Below are positions 1-9,960 of a stretch of DNA of 32,000 bases, piece by piece (position 1 is the stretch's first letter; each line of letters starts with the position of its first letter). The DNA is from Candidatus Kuenenia stuttgartensis (lineage in GTDB: Bacteria; Planctomycetota; Brocadiia; Brocadiales; Brocadiaceae). Under the pieces are notes generated by a model. The model did no database searches and was not told the DNA's origin. It saw nothing but the letters and a program-made list of their open reading frames with translations. The stretch is taken from assembly GCF_900232105.1 (NCBI RefSeq), contig NZ_LT934425.1, positions 120,001-152,000 on the forward strand, read 5' to 3'. Both the position numbers and the translations under genes were made by a program.

Positions 1-185
1 AAAATATACCACCTATACCCCTCCTTCTAAAAAAAGTAATTTAAAATACAGATATCACCAACTTCAATCGCAATCTTTTTCTGATTGCAGCACAACTTTC
101 TTCTCCTCTTTTTCCCGCACTATACTATTCATCTTATGTAACAAAACACTCTATGCAGAGCGCGATAAGAAGCAGAAAATACCCG

Positions 186-512
186 TTATTTCGCGCTCAA
201 CTGAAGAACTATCCCCGCGGCAGACGAAAGTAATTCTTCGTTTGAAGTATTCTTCCTGAATATTTTAAGAACCTCCTCAGATTTAGGCAGTTTTCCAAAC
301 AGCATAAACGATATCATTAGAGAATAAATCGCAAGAGACTCAATAAAGGCAATTCCGATTATCATTGCCAACTGCACCTTCGCCGCAACCGAAGGCTGCC
401 GCGCCATACTTTCAACGGCGCTGCTCACCACTTTTGCCTGAGCGAGAGCACAACCAAACGCTGCAACTGCAACTACAGGAATTCCAATCACTAATGCTAC
501 AAAATAATCCAT
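186..512 (-). CDS. atpE: F0F1 ATP synthase subunit c
   Basis: Two-helix hairpin with the conserved loop AVESMARQPSVAAKV and helix 2 IIGIAFIESLAIYSLMI. The internal ATG at 512 (MDYFVALVIG) is preceded by AAGGAG, so the track start at 545 is probably too early. The C-terminus has an extra tail of about 32 aa. Confidence 0.93.
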   Translation of the reverse strand: MDYFVALVIGIPVVAVAAFGCALAQAKVVSSAVESMARQPSVAAKVQLAMIIGIAFIESLAIYSLMISFMLFGKLPKSEEVLKIFRKNTSNEELLSSAAGIVLQLSAK

Positions 513-620
513 TTCACTACTCCTTTTATTGAAAATTTGAACCATTTAAAAATAGCATCAAACTCTTATTGGAGAGATAAAAAATGAAAACCAGAACCCA
601 CTGCGCAGTTGCAGATTAAC

Positions 621-1394
621 TTAATGATGTTCTTCTTCATCGTGGATGCCAATAGCCCCTGCAATGTAAAAACTCGCCAGAAGCGCAAAAATCATCGCCT
701 GGATAGTGCTTCCAAGTAAAGCAAGAAATACCATTGGCAGATGTATCGGTAACGGTATAAAACCAAGCAGAAAGGGAGCAAACCCGATAAATATCGCAAT
801 CACCGTATCCTCACCCAGGATGTTTCCAAAGAGTCGCATGGATAACGACAGGGGACGGGAAAGCACTTCCTGCATTATATGCAGCGGAAAGGTAAGTGGT
901 GCAAGCCATACAGGTTTACCCACCATATGCTTAAGATAACCAAAAACTCCCTTGCTCTTTATCCCTTGATACTGCGTTGCAAAGAAAACAATAAGCGCAA
1001 GTGCAACTGTTGTGTTTAAATTACTCGTAGGTGAATGGAACAGGGGTATCTGCCCCAACATGTTCATGCAAAATATATAAATAAAGAACGTGCCAATAAA
1101 AGGTATAAAACGCTCTGCCACCCGCCCCATCTGTGATTTTGTAAAATTTTCCAGCCCTTCAACTATAAGTTCCAACAGGGACTGAATCCTCCCGGGCACC
1201 ATCCGTAATTTCCGGGTTGCCAGAAGGGAAAATAGTCCCAGAAAAATGATTATCAACGCAGACATCACTATCGGTACCCACTCATGTTTTGTCAAACCAA
1301 AAAACTGACTGTGTGCGTCCGATGGAATAAAATCTAAAAATGATGGCAATTCGGTGGAAGTACCACCATCGCCGCCGTGACCTTCAGCAGACAC
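621..1394 (-). CDS. atpB: F0F1 ATP synthase subunit a
   Basis: LSLSMRLFGNILGEDTVIAIFIG carries the essential-Arg motif. Length is typical and it lies directly upstream of atpE. Confidence 0.96.
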   Translation of the reverse strand: MSAEGHGGDGGTSTELPSFLDFIPSDAHSQFFGLTKHEWVPIVMSALIIIFLGLFSLLATRKLRMVPGRIQSLLELIVEGLENFTKSQMGRVAERFIPFIGTFFIYIFCMNMLGQIPLFHSPTSNLNTTVALALIVFFATQYQGIKSKGVFGYLKHMVGKPVWLAPLTFPLHIMQEVLSRPLSLSMRLFGNILGEDTVIAIFIGFAPFLLGFIPLPIHLPMVFLALLGSTIQAMIFALLASFYIAGAIGIHDEEEHH

Positions 1395-1628
1395 TCTCCC
1401 TTGCTCCTTTCGATATGAATTCTATTTTAAACCTAAGCTGGCATAGCCAGAACCAAACAAGCACTAAAAGCGAAATACGAAAGAGAAACCACAGATTATA
1501 CCGATTTCGTCGTTAGCTCAGCCGAACGATTCCAGAGATTAAAGAAACGGCACAAGCTTATAATTGACCAATTTCACCGTTAAATATTTTGCCAAAAAAT
1601 GCAAAGAAATTACTAATCTGACAAGATA

Positions 1629-2084
1629 CTAACCATTCACCTTTTCGTAAGGGAATTTTACCCTATTGTTCAATTGCCTTACGAACAAGCTCCCCAATAT
1701 TTTCAGCATTATTACGGCCATTACCATGCTTAGTCCTATAAACAGAGCGATTATATTGACCTCTAAAAAGACGCATGCAAAAAAAAGCATCCCCCCCGCT
1801 ATGAAATACTTCGCAATACTCACCTTGAGGATAAACCCCTTTATTTGCGCCCTTTTTTTCTCAACACCAAAACGTATTCCCCACCACGACATTTTAAACA
1901 ACAACAAACTAATGAAACACCCTATTGCAACACTTAACGTCAATTTTGCGGACATATAAGAAAACGAACCCGCTATTATAATCAGCGATAAATAAAATGA
2001 CATCTGGAAGACTCTCCCGGGAAATCCTTCATCCAGAGAAAGAGTATCAGTTTTCTCGTCCTGCAGACTTGTTCTCGTTTTCAT
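1629..2084 (-). CDS. ATP synthase I-like (AtpI-type) membrane protein
   Basis: 151 aa with four predicted TM segments, upstream of atpB in the same orientation; overlaps the AtpZ-like ORF by 38 bp. Confidence 0.6.
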   Translation of the reverse strand: MKTRTSLQDEKTDTLSLDEGFPGRVFQMSFYLSLIIIAGSFSYMSAKLTLSVAIGCFISLLLFKMSWWGIRFGVEKKRAQIKGFILKVSIAKYFIAGGMLFFACVFLEVNIIALFIGLSMVMAVIMLKILGSLFVRQLNNRVKFPYEKVNG

Positions 2085-2301
2085 CAGATATTTTTTTTAT
2101 TACTTGAAAAAAGTTAATAAAACTGCCAATAGCACCCCAAAACAGAAAAATCATTAGAAACCATGGAGCGGTTCCATATCTTTTGTCAACATAAGTACCC
2201 AGGAAATATCCACCGGCCAAAGCGCCCGCCGTTGTAAATCCGAAACTCCCAACCAGACCTATTATTCTGTATGTCTCAGGGTCTTTCTTAATAAAAAACA
2301 A
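2047..2301 (-). CDS. AtpZ/AtpI family small membrane protein
   Basis: 84 aa: RIIGLVGSFGFTTAGALAGGYFLGTYVDKRYGTAPWFLMIFLFWGAIGSFINFFQVIK matches the typical AtpZ/AtpI pattern with a GYFLGxYxDKxxGTxPW core; first gene of the ATPase cluster. Confidence 0.8.
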   Translation of the reverse strand: MFFIKKDPETYRIIGLVGSFGFTTAGALAGGYFLGTYVDKRYGTAPWFLMIFLFWGAIGSFINFFQVIKKISDENENKSAGREN

Positions 2302-2309
2302 GATAGCTC

Positions 2310-2930
2310 CTATTGGGAAAAATATCTTTCTATCGCCTGCTTAATGTGCATTGCCACTTTTGATTGTGAATCGACAATATTTAAATACAAAGAGGCGCTT
2401 TTCGGCTGACATATCCCCATAATCAATCGTTCTTCATGTTCTTCTGAATAATCGCAAACAAGCCTGCTTATGCTATCATATTTATCGCACACATGTTTTC
2501 TCAACAACTCATTTTTTGTCAAAATAGCATCCTTAGCAGTTTTTAACACATCCAATGTCTCTTTAAATAATTGTGTCACTTCATTTGCAGCCTTATCGCC
2601 AAAGAGTAATTTCTCATTTATTTTGACCCGAATGTGACGTATCATGTTATCCATTACATCCGTGGCCATCTCTATATGTCCCACTACGACTGCCAGAGTT
2701 TTAAACCGGTTTTTCTCAGATTCGTCATTTTTATTAACACCGCTTAACATGCTTACCGTCTCATTTTCTTCGTCATGCACCAATCTGCTGATTCTCTGTG
2801 CATCATCAAGCAATTCCACTTTATTTTTCAAGAACCCCAGCATGCACAAATTTAAAACAGACTCGGCATTTAAACACATAGAACTTATCCGTTCCAATAT
2901 CACTTTCGCGTCGTCATTTACATTTGTCAT
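2310..2930 (-). CDS. Helical PhoU-domain-like protein
   Basis: 206-aa all-helical ORF with PhoU-like segments (LVHDEENETVSMLSG, IEMATDVMDNMIRHI). No TM segment. Assignment by pattern only. Confidence 0.45.
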   Translation of the reverse strand: MTNVNDDAKVILERISSMCLNAESVLNLCMLGFLKNKVELLDDAQRISRLVHDEENETVSMLSGVNKNDESEKNRFKTLAVVVGHIEMATDVMDNMIRHIRVKINEKLLFGDKAANEVTQLFKETLDVLKTAKDAILTKNELLRKHVCDKYDSISRLVCDYSEEHEERLIMGICQPKSASLYLNIVDSQSKVAMHIKQAIERYFSQ

Positions 2931-2987
2931 ATCAAAACCTTTTTTCCCAACTCTTTGATTTTCGGATATAACCGCATATAAAGATTT

Positions 2988-4280
2988 TCATAGCGTTTTC
3001 ACCACTTCGCCAAACGCGGCAATGGTATCATTTATCTCTTTCTCGCCATGCACGGTCGAAACAAAAACCGCTTCAAACTGCGAAGGGGCAAAGTAAAATC
3101 CACGCTCAAGCATACCGTGAAAAAACTTTGCGTATCTGCCAGTATCGCATAGTTTTGCAGTAGCATAATCAACCACCGGTTTGCTTGTAAAAAAGGTGCA
3201 CAACATAGACCCTACCCTGGTATGATATGCAGGAATATTGGCATCATTGCATACCTTCTCCATACCAGCCGCTAATTGTTTTGACCTTTCTTCCAAGCCT
3301 TTATAAACAGCATTGTCTTTTAATATTTCCAAAGTAGCAATCCCCGCAGTCATCGCTACGGGATTACCTGATAAGGTACCGGCCTGATACACGGGGCCTA
3401 CAGGAGATATGCCATCCATAATTTCTTTTTTACCGCCGTATGCACCAACAGGAAGCCCTCCCCCTATAATCTTCCCCAGCGTAGTCAGATCAGGTGTAAT
3501 GTTGTAAAGCGCCTGCACGCCGCCATGCGCAACCCTGAAACCGGTCATTACCTCATCGAAGATGAGGACAATACCATATTTTTTCGTTATTTCCCTTAAT
3601 CCTGCCAGATAATTCTTCGCCGGCGGAACGACGCCCATGTTTCCGGCGACTGCCTCCACAATAATACATGCAATTTCATTACCTCTCCTGGAACAAACCT
3701 CATTTACCGCATCAATGTTATTGTAGGGAAGGGAAATGGTATGTTTTACAAAATCGCCGGGAATCCCGGGACTGTTTGGCATGCCTAATGTTGTGGCGCC
3801 GGAACCGGCCTGTACCAGCAAACTATCCACATGCCCATGGTAACAACCCTCGAACTTAATAACCTCATCGCGTTTTGTATGTCCCCTGGCGAGACGGATT
3901 GCACTCATAGTTGCTTCTGTGCCGGAGTTCACCATCCTGATCTTTTCGATAGACGGCATCGCTTCCTTCACAAGTTTTGCCAGTTGTATTTCAAGTTCCG
4001 TTGGAGCGCCGTAGCTGGTGCCATTCGCAACCGCTTCGTTTACCCTTTTTACAATTCTCGGGTCAGCATGGCCAAGAATCAGAGGTCCCCATGAACCAAC
4101 ATAATCTACATACCTATTGCCGTCTATATCGGTAAGGCAACACCCCGAACCGGACTTTATAAAGATAGGCGTGCCGCCCACGCCACCAAAAGCCCTCACC
4201 GGGCTGTTTACTCCGCCAGGTATGACACTCTGCGCATCCAGAAACGCCTTTTTTGATTTCTCAGTAATTATCTTTGACAT
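2988..4280 (-). CDS. hemL: Glutamate-1-semialdehyde 2,1-aminomutase
   Basis: Motifs SKKAFLDAQSVIPGGVNSPVRAF, MVNSGTEATMSAIRLARG, IFDEVMTGFR and the PLP-lysine region TLGKIIGGGLPVGAYGG. Start taken at the internal ATG 4280 (MSKIITEKSKKAF) rather than 4376. Confidence 0.96.
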   Translation of the reverse strand: MSKIITEKSKKAFLDAQSVIPGGVNSPVRAFGGVGGTPIFIKSGSGCCLTDIDGNRYVDYVGSWGPLILGHADPRIVKRVNEAVANGTSYGAPTELEIQLAKLVKEAMPSIEKIRMVNSGTEATMSAIRLARGHTKRDEVIKFEGCYHGHVDSLLVQAGSGATTLGMPNSPGIPGDFVKHTISLPYNNIDAVNEVCSRRGNEIACIIVEAVAGNMGVVPPAKNYLAGLREITKKYGIVLIFDEVMTGFRVAHGGVQALYNITPDLTTLGKIIGGGLPVGAYGGKKEIMDGISPVGPVYQAGTLSGNPVAMTAGIATLEILKDNAVYKGLEERSKQLAAGMEKVCNDANIPAYHTRVGSMLCTFFTSKPVVDYATAKLCDTGRYAKFFHGMLERGFYFAPSQFEAVFVSTVHGEKEINDTIAAFGEVVKTL

Positions 4281-4395
4281 ATATAACCTAATCTTTGTAT
4301 ATAAGTATAAATTCTTATCTCTAAAGCTGAAATCTTGGAAAGCGGAAATCATAGCAAAACATATTTTTTTTGTCAACTATTATTGCGTATAACCC

Positions 4396-5025
4396 ATGAG
4401 AAAAATCATAAGTATCGCTGTTTTAATTTCCGGCAACGGTAAAACGTTGCAAAATTTTATCGACTGCATAAAGTCTGGCTCGTTGCCTGCTAAGATTCAA
4501 ATAGTCATCAGCAGCAACCCTGATGCAAAAGGGCTGGAACGTGCAAAGATAAATGCTATTCCTACTGCAGTAGTTTCCCGTTCTTCATACAAAGACGTCA
4601 ATTCGTTTAGCGAAGCAATTACCAAAAAACTGGAGGAATACCCTATCGAGCTAATCACCCTTGCGGGTTTTATGCATTTATATAAAATTCCGGATACATA
4701 TTCCGGCAGGGTAATGAACGTCCACCCCGGCCTCATTCCAGCTTTCTGCGGACATGGATATTACGGGCATAAAGTGCATGAGGCGGTTATCGGGTATGGC
4801 GCAAAAGTATCCGGGTGTACCGTACATTTTGCGGATAACGTGTATGATAATGGCCCCATTATCATACAGAGGACTACGCCCGTATTTGACGACGACACGC
4901 CGGATACACTTGCTGAACGGGTTTTTAAGGAAGAATGTACCGCATACCCTGAAGCAATCCGCCTGTTCGCTGAAGGCAGATTAAAGAGAGAGGGCAGAAG
5001 GATAGTTATACTAAAAAAAGAGTAA
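4396..5025 (+). CDS. purN: Phosphoribosylglycinamide formyltransferase
   Basis: VLISGNGKTLQNFID, catalytic region MNVHPGLIPAFCG, and CTVHFADNVYDNGPIIIQ. Confidence 0.9.
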   Translation: MRKIISIAVLISGNGKTLQNFIDCIKSGSLPAKIQIVISSNPDAKGLERAKINAIPTAVVSRSSYKDVNSFSEAITKKLEEYPIELITLAGFMHLYKIPDTYSGRVMNVHPGLIPAFCGHGYYGHKVHEAVIGYGAKVSGCTVHFADNVYDNGPIIIQRTTPVFDDDTPDTLAERVFKEECTAYPEAIRLFAEGRLKREGRRIVILKKE

Positions 5026-5040
5026 AGGAGTCGGATAATT

Positions 5041-5910
5041 ATGACAAAAACAAGATGGAACTATATTATTCCCTTTATCATAATCATAGCATTAAATCTC
5101 TGCGGTTTAAAAATATATGGTTTTGAAGTCAGTACCACAAATAAAGGAAAAGAAATAAAATGGAAAAAAGATACGGTAACGTATCTTATCAACACTACTG
5201 ACGGCCCTTCCGGCAGCCTTGACGCTATATTGGCGGCAATGCAGACATGGACAGACGTTGACACATCTACATTTGTATTCATTGATGGTGGCACAACCTC
5301 AAAAAAAAACCACGGCGAACCAGACGGCATTAATATTATTGATTTTGGAACTATTAAGGAAGAAGGGGTATTGGGGCAAAACTCTTTCTGGTTTTATACG
5401 TCCGGAGAAATGTTTGACAGCGATATACGTTTTAACACCAAAAATACCTGGAGCACAGACGGCTCGTCAGACAAATTTGACGTGCAGAATATAGGCACGC
5501 ATGAACTCGGTCACTCCCTCAGTTTGGCGGATCTTTATAGCAACAGCGATTCTGAAAAGACGATGTATGGCTATGGTTTCGCCGGCGATACCAGCCAAAG
5601 GACGCTGCACCAGGACGACATGGATGGGATTACCTACTTGTATCCCTCTACGAAGAACAGCAACATCTCCGGTACGATAATTGACATTGAAGGAACACTA
5701 CTGGAAAAAGTTAAGCTGCGGCTGAAAAAGGGAAGCAAAACAAAAAAGAAAACAAAATCAGACGAAAACGGTTACTTTGAATTTACCAATTTAAAAGGCG
5801 GTTCCTACAAAATTATCGCAAGGAGAAGCGGCTATAAAAAATCAAAGACAGCGGTAGAACTTGGTGAAGCAGAAGAGAAAGAAATTGAAATCATAATGGA
5901 TGAAAAATAA
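5041..5910 (+). CDS. Exported matrixin-like metalloprotease with C-terminal carboxypeptidase-regulatory-like domain
   Basis: N-terminal signal sequence; zinc motif GTHELGHSLSLAD followed by MYGYG Met-turn-like segment and DDMDGITYLYP; C-terminal ISGTIIDIEGTLLEKVKLRLKKG...DENGYFEFTNLKGGSYKIIARRSGY. Confidence 0.75.
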   Translation: MTKTRWNYIIPFIIIIALNLCGLKIYGFEVSTTNKGKEIKWKKDTVTYLINTTDGPSGSLDAILAAMQTWTDVDTSTFVFIDGGTTSKKNHGEPDGINIIDFGTIKEEGVLGQNSFWFYTSGEMFDSDIRFNTKNTWSTDGSSDKFDVQNIGTHELGHSLSLADLYSNSDSEKTMYGYGFAGDTSQRTLHQDDMDGITYLYPSTKNSNISGTIIDIEGTLLEKVKLRLKKGSKTKKKTKSDENGYFEFTNLKGGSYKIIARRSGYKKSKTAVELGEAEEKEIEIIMDEK

Positions 5911-5928
5911 ACATTAATAACATTAACA

Positions 5929-7839
5929 ATGAAAAATACGATTATCCTATTTCTTTTTATTCTGCCCCTGTTTGCTGCCTTCCCCCCTCAATCAGCGCTA
6001 CCCGAAGATAACATATCTCAACAATCGATATTGCAAAATCAATTTATGGAAGAGTTAAAATGGTTGCAGGAAGAAAGTGTTGTTTCCACCGCATCACGCC
6101 GTGAGCAGAAAGTTTCAGAAACACCTGCGGCAGTCTTTGTCATTTCACAGGAAGATATACGCCGTTCAGGCGCAAACAGTATTCCTGAAGTACTCCGGAT
6201 GGCGCCAGGGGTACACGTTGCACGGATTGATGCAAATAAATGGGCAATAACGATGAGGGGCTTTAATAACCGGTATGCCGATAAATTACTTGTTTTAATT
6301 GACGGACGCACAGTTTACACCCCCCTGTTTTCGGGAACATACTGGGATGTTCAGGACACAATGCTGGAAGATATAGAACGTATCGAAGTTATCCGAGGTC
6401 CTGGAGGCGCGTTGTGGGGCGCCAACGCCGTTAACGGAATTATAAACATCATCACAAAAAGCGCAAAAGACACCCAGGGCGGACTCTTCACTGGAAGTGC
6501 AGGCAGCGAAGAACGGGGCATGGGAGGGCTTCGCTATGGCAGCAAGATAGGCGGGAATGCCTATTTCCGCATCTATTCAAAATATTTCAACCATGACGAT
6601 TTCGTTCTTGAATCAGGTGACAGCGCAAACGATAGCTGGGAGTCTGCACGTGCCGGTTTCAGGGTTGACTGGGATTACTCAAGTAAAGATGTGTTAACAT
6701 TTCAAGGCGATATTTACACGGGTGATGAAAGCGAAAGGAATAATTTCAGACAGAGTTCTGACATCTATGTATCAGGCGGTAATTTACGGGCCAACTGGAA
6801 ACATGCCATTTCGGACACTTCAGACATGATGTTGCAGATATATTATGACAGAACGAACCGCATAACTACAAGCATTGAGGAAGAACGCGACACCTTTGAC
6901 ATTGATTTTCAACATAGTTTGCGTCTTACCGGCTGGAATGAATTTATATGGGGACTTGGATATCGTTACACGCAGAACGACACCGAAGACGATGACGGAT
7001 TATTGCTTGATCCTCAAAACAGGGAAAACAACTTATTCAGCATGTTTCTGCAGGATGAATTTTCCTTTTTCGAAGATACGGTGAAGGTTACCTTCGGAAC
7101 CAAGTTTGAGCACAATGATTACACCGGGTTTGAAATACAACCAAGTTTAAGGGTACTCTGGGCATTTACATATACCCAAACGGTATGGGCTGCCGTTTCA
7201 CGAGCGGTGAGAACCCCTTCCCGTGTTGAATCGGATATAATAATTGATTATTCACCCTATTATTACTTTACCGGCAACGATGACCTGGATGCTGAAAATC
7301 TTTTGGCCTATGAAATAGGATACCGCATTCAGTTTTCAAAAAAACTTTCACTGGATATTGCCACGTTCTACAACATGTACGACAGCATAATAAACGATGT
7401 TAACGACGAAACGTTTGAAAATATTTTTGACGTAGAAAGTTATGGCATAGAAACAACCTTAAACTGGCAAATAACCAATCAATGGAGATTAGTCCAAAGT
7501 TATACCTATTTTGATATTGATTCTACTAATTTTACCTCAACTGATCCCCTGTCAGACCCTCATAGTCAATTCAATATCCGTTCATTATTAAACCTGCCGC
7601 ACAACATGGAACTCGACGCAGCCCTCTTTTATGTTGACAGTTTTACCAGTCTTGACAGAAATATTAATGACTATGTTCGTTTTGACGTCAGACTCGGATG
7701 GCACATCACAAAATACCTTGAAGCAAGCCTCGTGGGAACAAATTTACTTGACGATAACCACCTTGAATACAATGCCAGATCGGTAGCGCCTACCGAAATA
7801 GAACGCGCTGTGTATGCAAAATTAACATGGAGATTCTGA
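5929..7839 (+). CDS. TonB-dependent outer membrane receptor
   Basis: Signal peptide; plug domain TPAAVFVISQEDIRRSGANSIPEVLRMAPGVHVARIDANKWAITMRGF and VEVIRGPGGALWGANAVNGIINIITK; beta-strand-rich C-terminus ending in ...AVYAKLTWRF. Confidence 0.92.
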   Translation: MKNTIILFLFILPLFAAFPPQSALPEDNISQQSILQNQFMEELKWLQEESVVSTASRREQKVSETPAAVFVISQEDIRRSGANSIPEVLRMAPGVHVARIDANKWAITMRGFNNRYADKLLVLIDGRTVYTPLFSGTYWDVQDTMLEDIERIEVIRGPGGALWGANAVNGIINIITKSAKDTQGGLFTGSAGSEERGMGGLRYGSKIGGNAYFRIYSKYFNHDDFVLESGDSANDSWESARAGFRVDWDYSSKDVLTFQGDIYTGDESERNNFRQSSDIYVSGGNLRANWKHAISDTSDMMLQIYYDRTNRITTSIEEERDTFDIDFQHSLRLTGWNEFIWGLGYRYTQNDTEDDDGLLLDPQNRENNLFSMFLQDEFSFFEDTVKVTFGTKFEHNDYTGFEIQPSLRVLWAFTYTQTVWAAVSRAVRTPSRVESDIIIDYSPYYYFTGNDDLDAENLLAYEIGYRIQFSKKLSLDIATFYNMYDSIINDVNDETFENIFDVESYGIETTLNWQITNQWRLVQSYTYFDIDSTNFTSTDPLSDPHSQFNIRSLLNLPHNMELDAALFYVDSFTSLDRNINDYVRFDVRLGWHITKYLEASLVGTNLLDDNHLEYNARSVAPTEIERAVYAKLTWRF

Positions 7840-8031
7840 TGTATTATTACAAAAGCGTCTATTTCCATGTAACACAAGCATCCTGGTTGTAATATTTAAT
7901 ATCCAGGCAGGCAGCCTGCCTCTATACACCCATGCACGCTGACAGGGAAGCATGGGGCAATTTTAAGCCCAAATAATTATTTATTAAAAAAAATCGGGAA
8001 TGCCCCCGTCTAAAATTTTATAATACGCTAC

Positions 8032-8910
8032 ATGATCAAATCTGCCTTTTTGCAAATAACGATTACCAGAGAACCTTCCTTTCTTTTTTCCGTAAAAGCA
8101 TCCCTTATTTATCTGATATTGTTAATTTTTCTTCTGTTAATACCTTTTCACACCGGGCTTACGGCCTTTGGCGAATCAAAGTGTACGATATATTTTTATA
8201 ACCCGGAATCAAATATCGACAACTATGCCTCTCTGAAAACAAAATTCGACCTGTACTTAAAAAAGATCGGCCCATACCAGTTTCAACCCTTCAGCGATAG
8301 AAAAACTTTTGAGAACAAAACCAGAGGTCAGCATAATTGCATTTTTATCCTCTCAAGCTGGTATTATAAAGAATTAAGGCATTTTACCTCTCTTAATCCC
8401 GTGCTCATTGGCACATTAGATGGCAATTCTATACAAAAAAAGGTGCTTATCGCCAAGAAAAACATCGATTCCCTGTCAATGCTGAAGGGCAGCAGCGTTG
8501 CTTCTTCAGGCAGTAAAGAATACACGGTAAAATTTCTCCAGTCGATGCTGACTGGAAATGACAAAAACATTCCGGAAACACTTCAAATTCTCAATGTTCC
8601 CAAGGATATTGATGCGCTTATCTCTGTTGGTTTTGGCCTCGTCCAGGCAGCATTGACCACTGAATACAGCATTGAGATGCTTGCGGACATAAATAATGGA
8701 TTATATAAAAACCTTTCCGTTCTTGCGGTAAATGAAAAATCCCTGCTCCCGGTTGTGGCAATACCGACAGAATACGGTAAGGGGACGACGGAGTTGCTGG
8801 AAATAATTAAAACTATGGGGGAAACGCCTGAGGGAAAAAGTAATCTTCAGATGTTTGGAATTGATGGCTGGAAAATGCCCGATGAAAGTGATTTGGAGTT
8901 ATTGCGTTAA
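8032..8910 (+). CDS. Exported PhnD-like periplasmic binding protein
   Basis: N-terminal TM/signal; hydrophobic N-term then CTIYFYNPESNIDNYASLKTKFDLYLKKIGPYQFQPFSDRKTFEN; KGSSVASSGSKEYTVKFLQSML and GLVQAALTTEYSIEML resemble the phosphate/phosphonate-type SBP fold. Confidence 0.6.
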   Translation: MIKSAFLQITITREPSFLFSVKASLIYLILLIFLLLIPFHTGLTAFGESKCTIYFYNPESNIDNYASLKTKFDLYLKKIGPYQFQPFSDRKTFENKTRGQHNCIFILSSWYYKELRHFTSLNPVLIGTLDGNSIQKKVLIAKKNIDSLSMLKGSSVASSGSKEYTVKFLQSMLTGNDKNIPETLQILNVPKDIDALISVGFGLVQAALTTEYSIEMLADINNGLYKNLSVLAVNEKSLLPVVAIPTEYGKGTTELLEIIKTMGETPEGKSNLQMFGIDGWKMPDESDLELLR

Positions 8911-8966
8911 CGGGTAGAACCCTCCTACCTGAAGAAGAGAGAGAAACCACATATAGAAAGTATTTC

Positions 8967-9953
8967 ATGATCATAACGGTTAAAAATCTGGCAAAAAAGA
9001 TAAAAAACTGCGCACGTAAAAAAGCGGCTGAAAGGGTTCTCCTTATCACGCTTTCGATGCTGCTGGTTGCGACGGCTTTTCTGGCCGGTATGTTACCGGC
9101 AGACGAAAAATGCGGGGCATTGATCATCAATTCCAATGAGTCGGTAAAAAAATATTCCATGATACAAACCGTATTTAAAACTCATTTTGATGGCGCAGTT
9201 GCAGAAATTGATATAGGGAGTAACTGGCTTGATGAAAAGGCCTTAGAAAAAACGCTATTAAACAAAAACCCCGATATGATTTTTTCTATAGGTTCAAAGG
9301 CTTACCTTCTGGCATGCAGGGTTGCGAAAGACGCCAATATCATTTACTCTTTGGGTATTAACTGGCAGCGTTTCGCGATAACCGACAAAACATATGTTAT
9401 CGCCAGCGAAGTACCTCCCCTTACAAACGCAATGATGTACCGCTATTTCTTTCCTGACATAAAAACGGTGGGCATTCTCTATAGCAAAAACCACAATAAA
9501 GAATGGTTCGGGGCAGCGGTTACCGAAGCCAAACAAGCCGGAATCCAAATTATAGGGAAGTCTATCGCAAAAGAAAAGGAGGTAAACAATGCGCTCAACT
9601 ACCTACTGCCAAAGGTTGATGCACTCTGGTTAATTTCAGACCCCGTTATTCTTTCCGGTATGGCACAGGTGAAAGAAATCTTTGCTCAATGCGATGCAAG
9701 AAAAATACCTGTCTTTTCCTATGACCAACTCTTTACAGATTTCGGCGCATCGTTTATTATTTCGGCGGATGTCGCCACAATGGGAAAACAAGCCGCTAAA
9801 ATAGCGCAAAATCTTTTATCAAACAAGGGCGCTGTCGAAAAGGTACAAAATCCGGCGGGCACTTATATAGCCATAAACGTTAAAAAACTGGAACTGTATG
9901 GCATAAAACTGAATACAAAGGCGTTTTCCTCTGTGAATGAGTTTATTGAATAA
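8967..9953 (+). CDS. ABC-type substrate-binding protein (PF04392 / TrpX-like type)
   Basis: Signal anchor; PDMIFSIGSKAYLLA, YFFPDIKTVGILYSKNHNKEWFGAAVTEAKQAGI, KVDALWLISDPVIL, IPVFSYDQLFTDFGASFIISADVATMGKQAAKIAQNLL. Confidence 0.85.
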   Translation: MIITVKNLAKKIKNCARKKAAERVLLITLSMLLVATAFLAGMLPADEKCGALIINSNESVKKYSMIQTVFKTHFDGAVAEIDIGSNWLDEKALEKTLLNKNPDMIFSIGSKAYLLACRVAKDANIIYSLGINWQRFAITDKTYVIASEVPPLTNAMMYRYFFPDIKTVGILYSKNHNKEWFGAAVTEAKQAGIQIIGKSIAKEKEVNNALNYLLPKVDALWLISDPVILSGMAQVKEIFAQCDARKIPVFSYDQLFTDFGASFIISADVATMGKQAAKIAQNLLSNKGAVEKVQNPAGTYIAINVKKLELYGIKLNTKAFSSVNEFIE

Positions 9954-9960
9954 ATAACAT

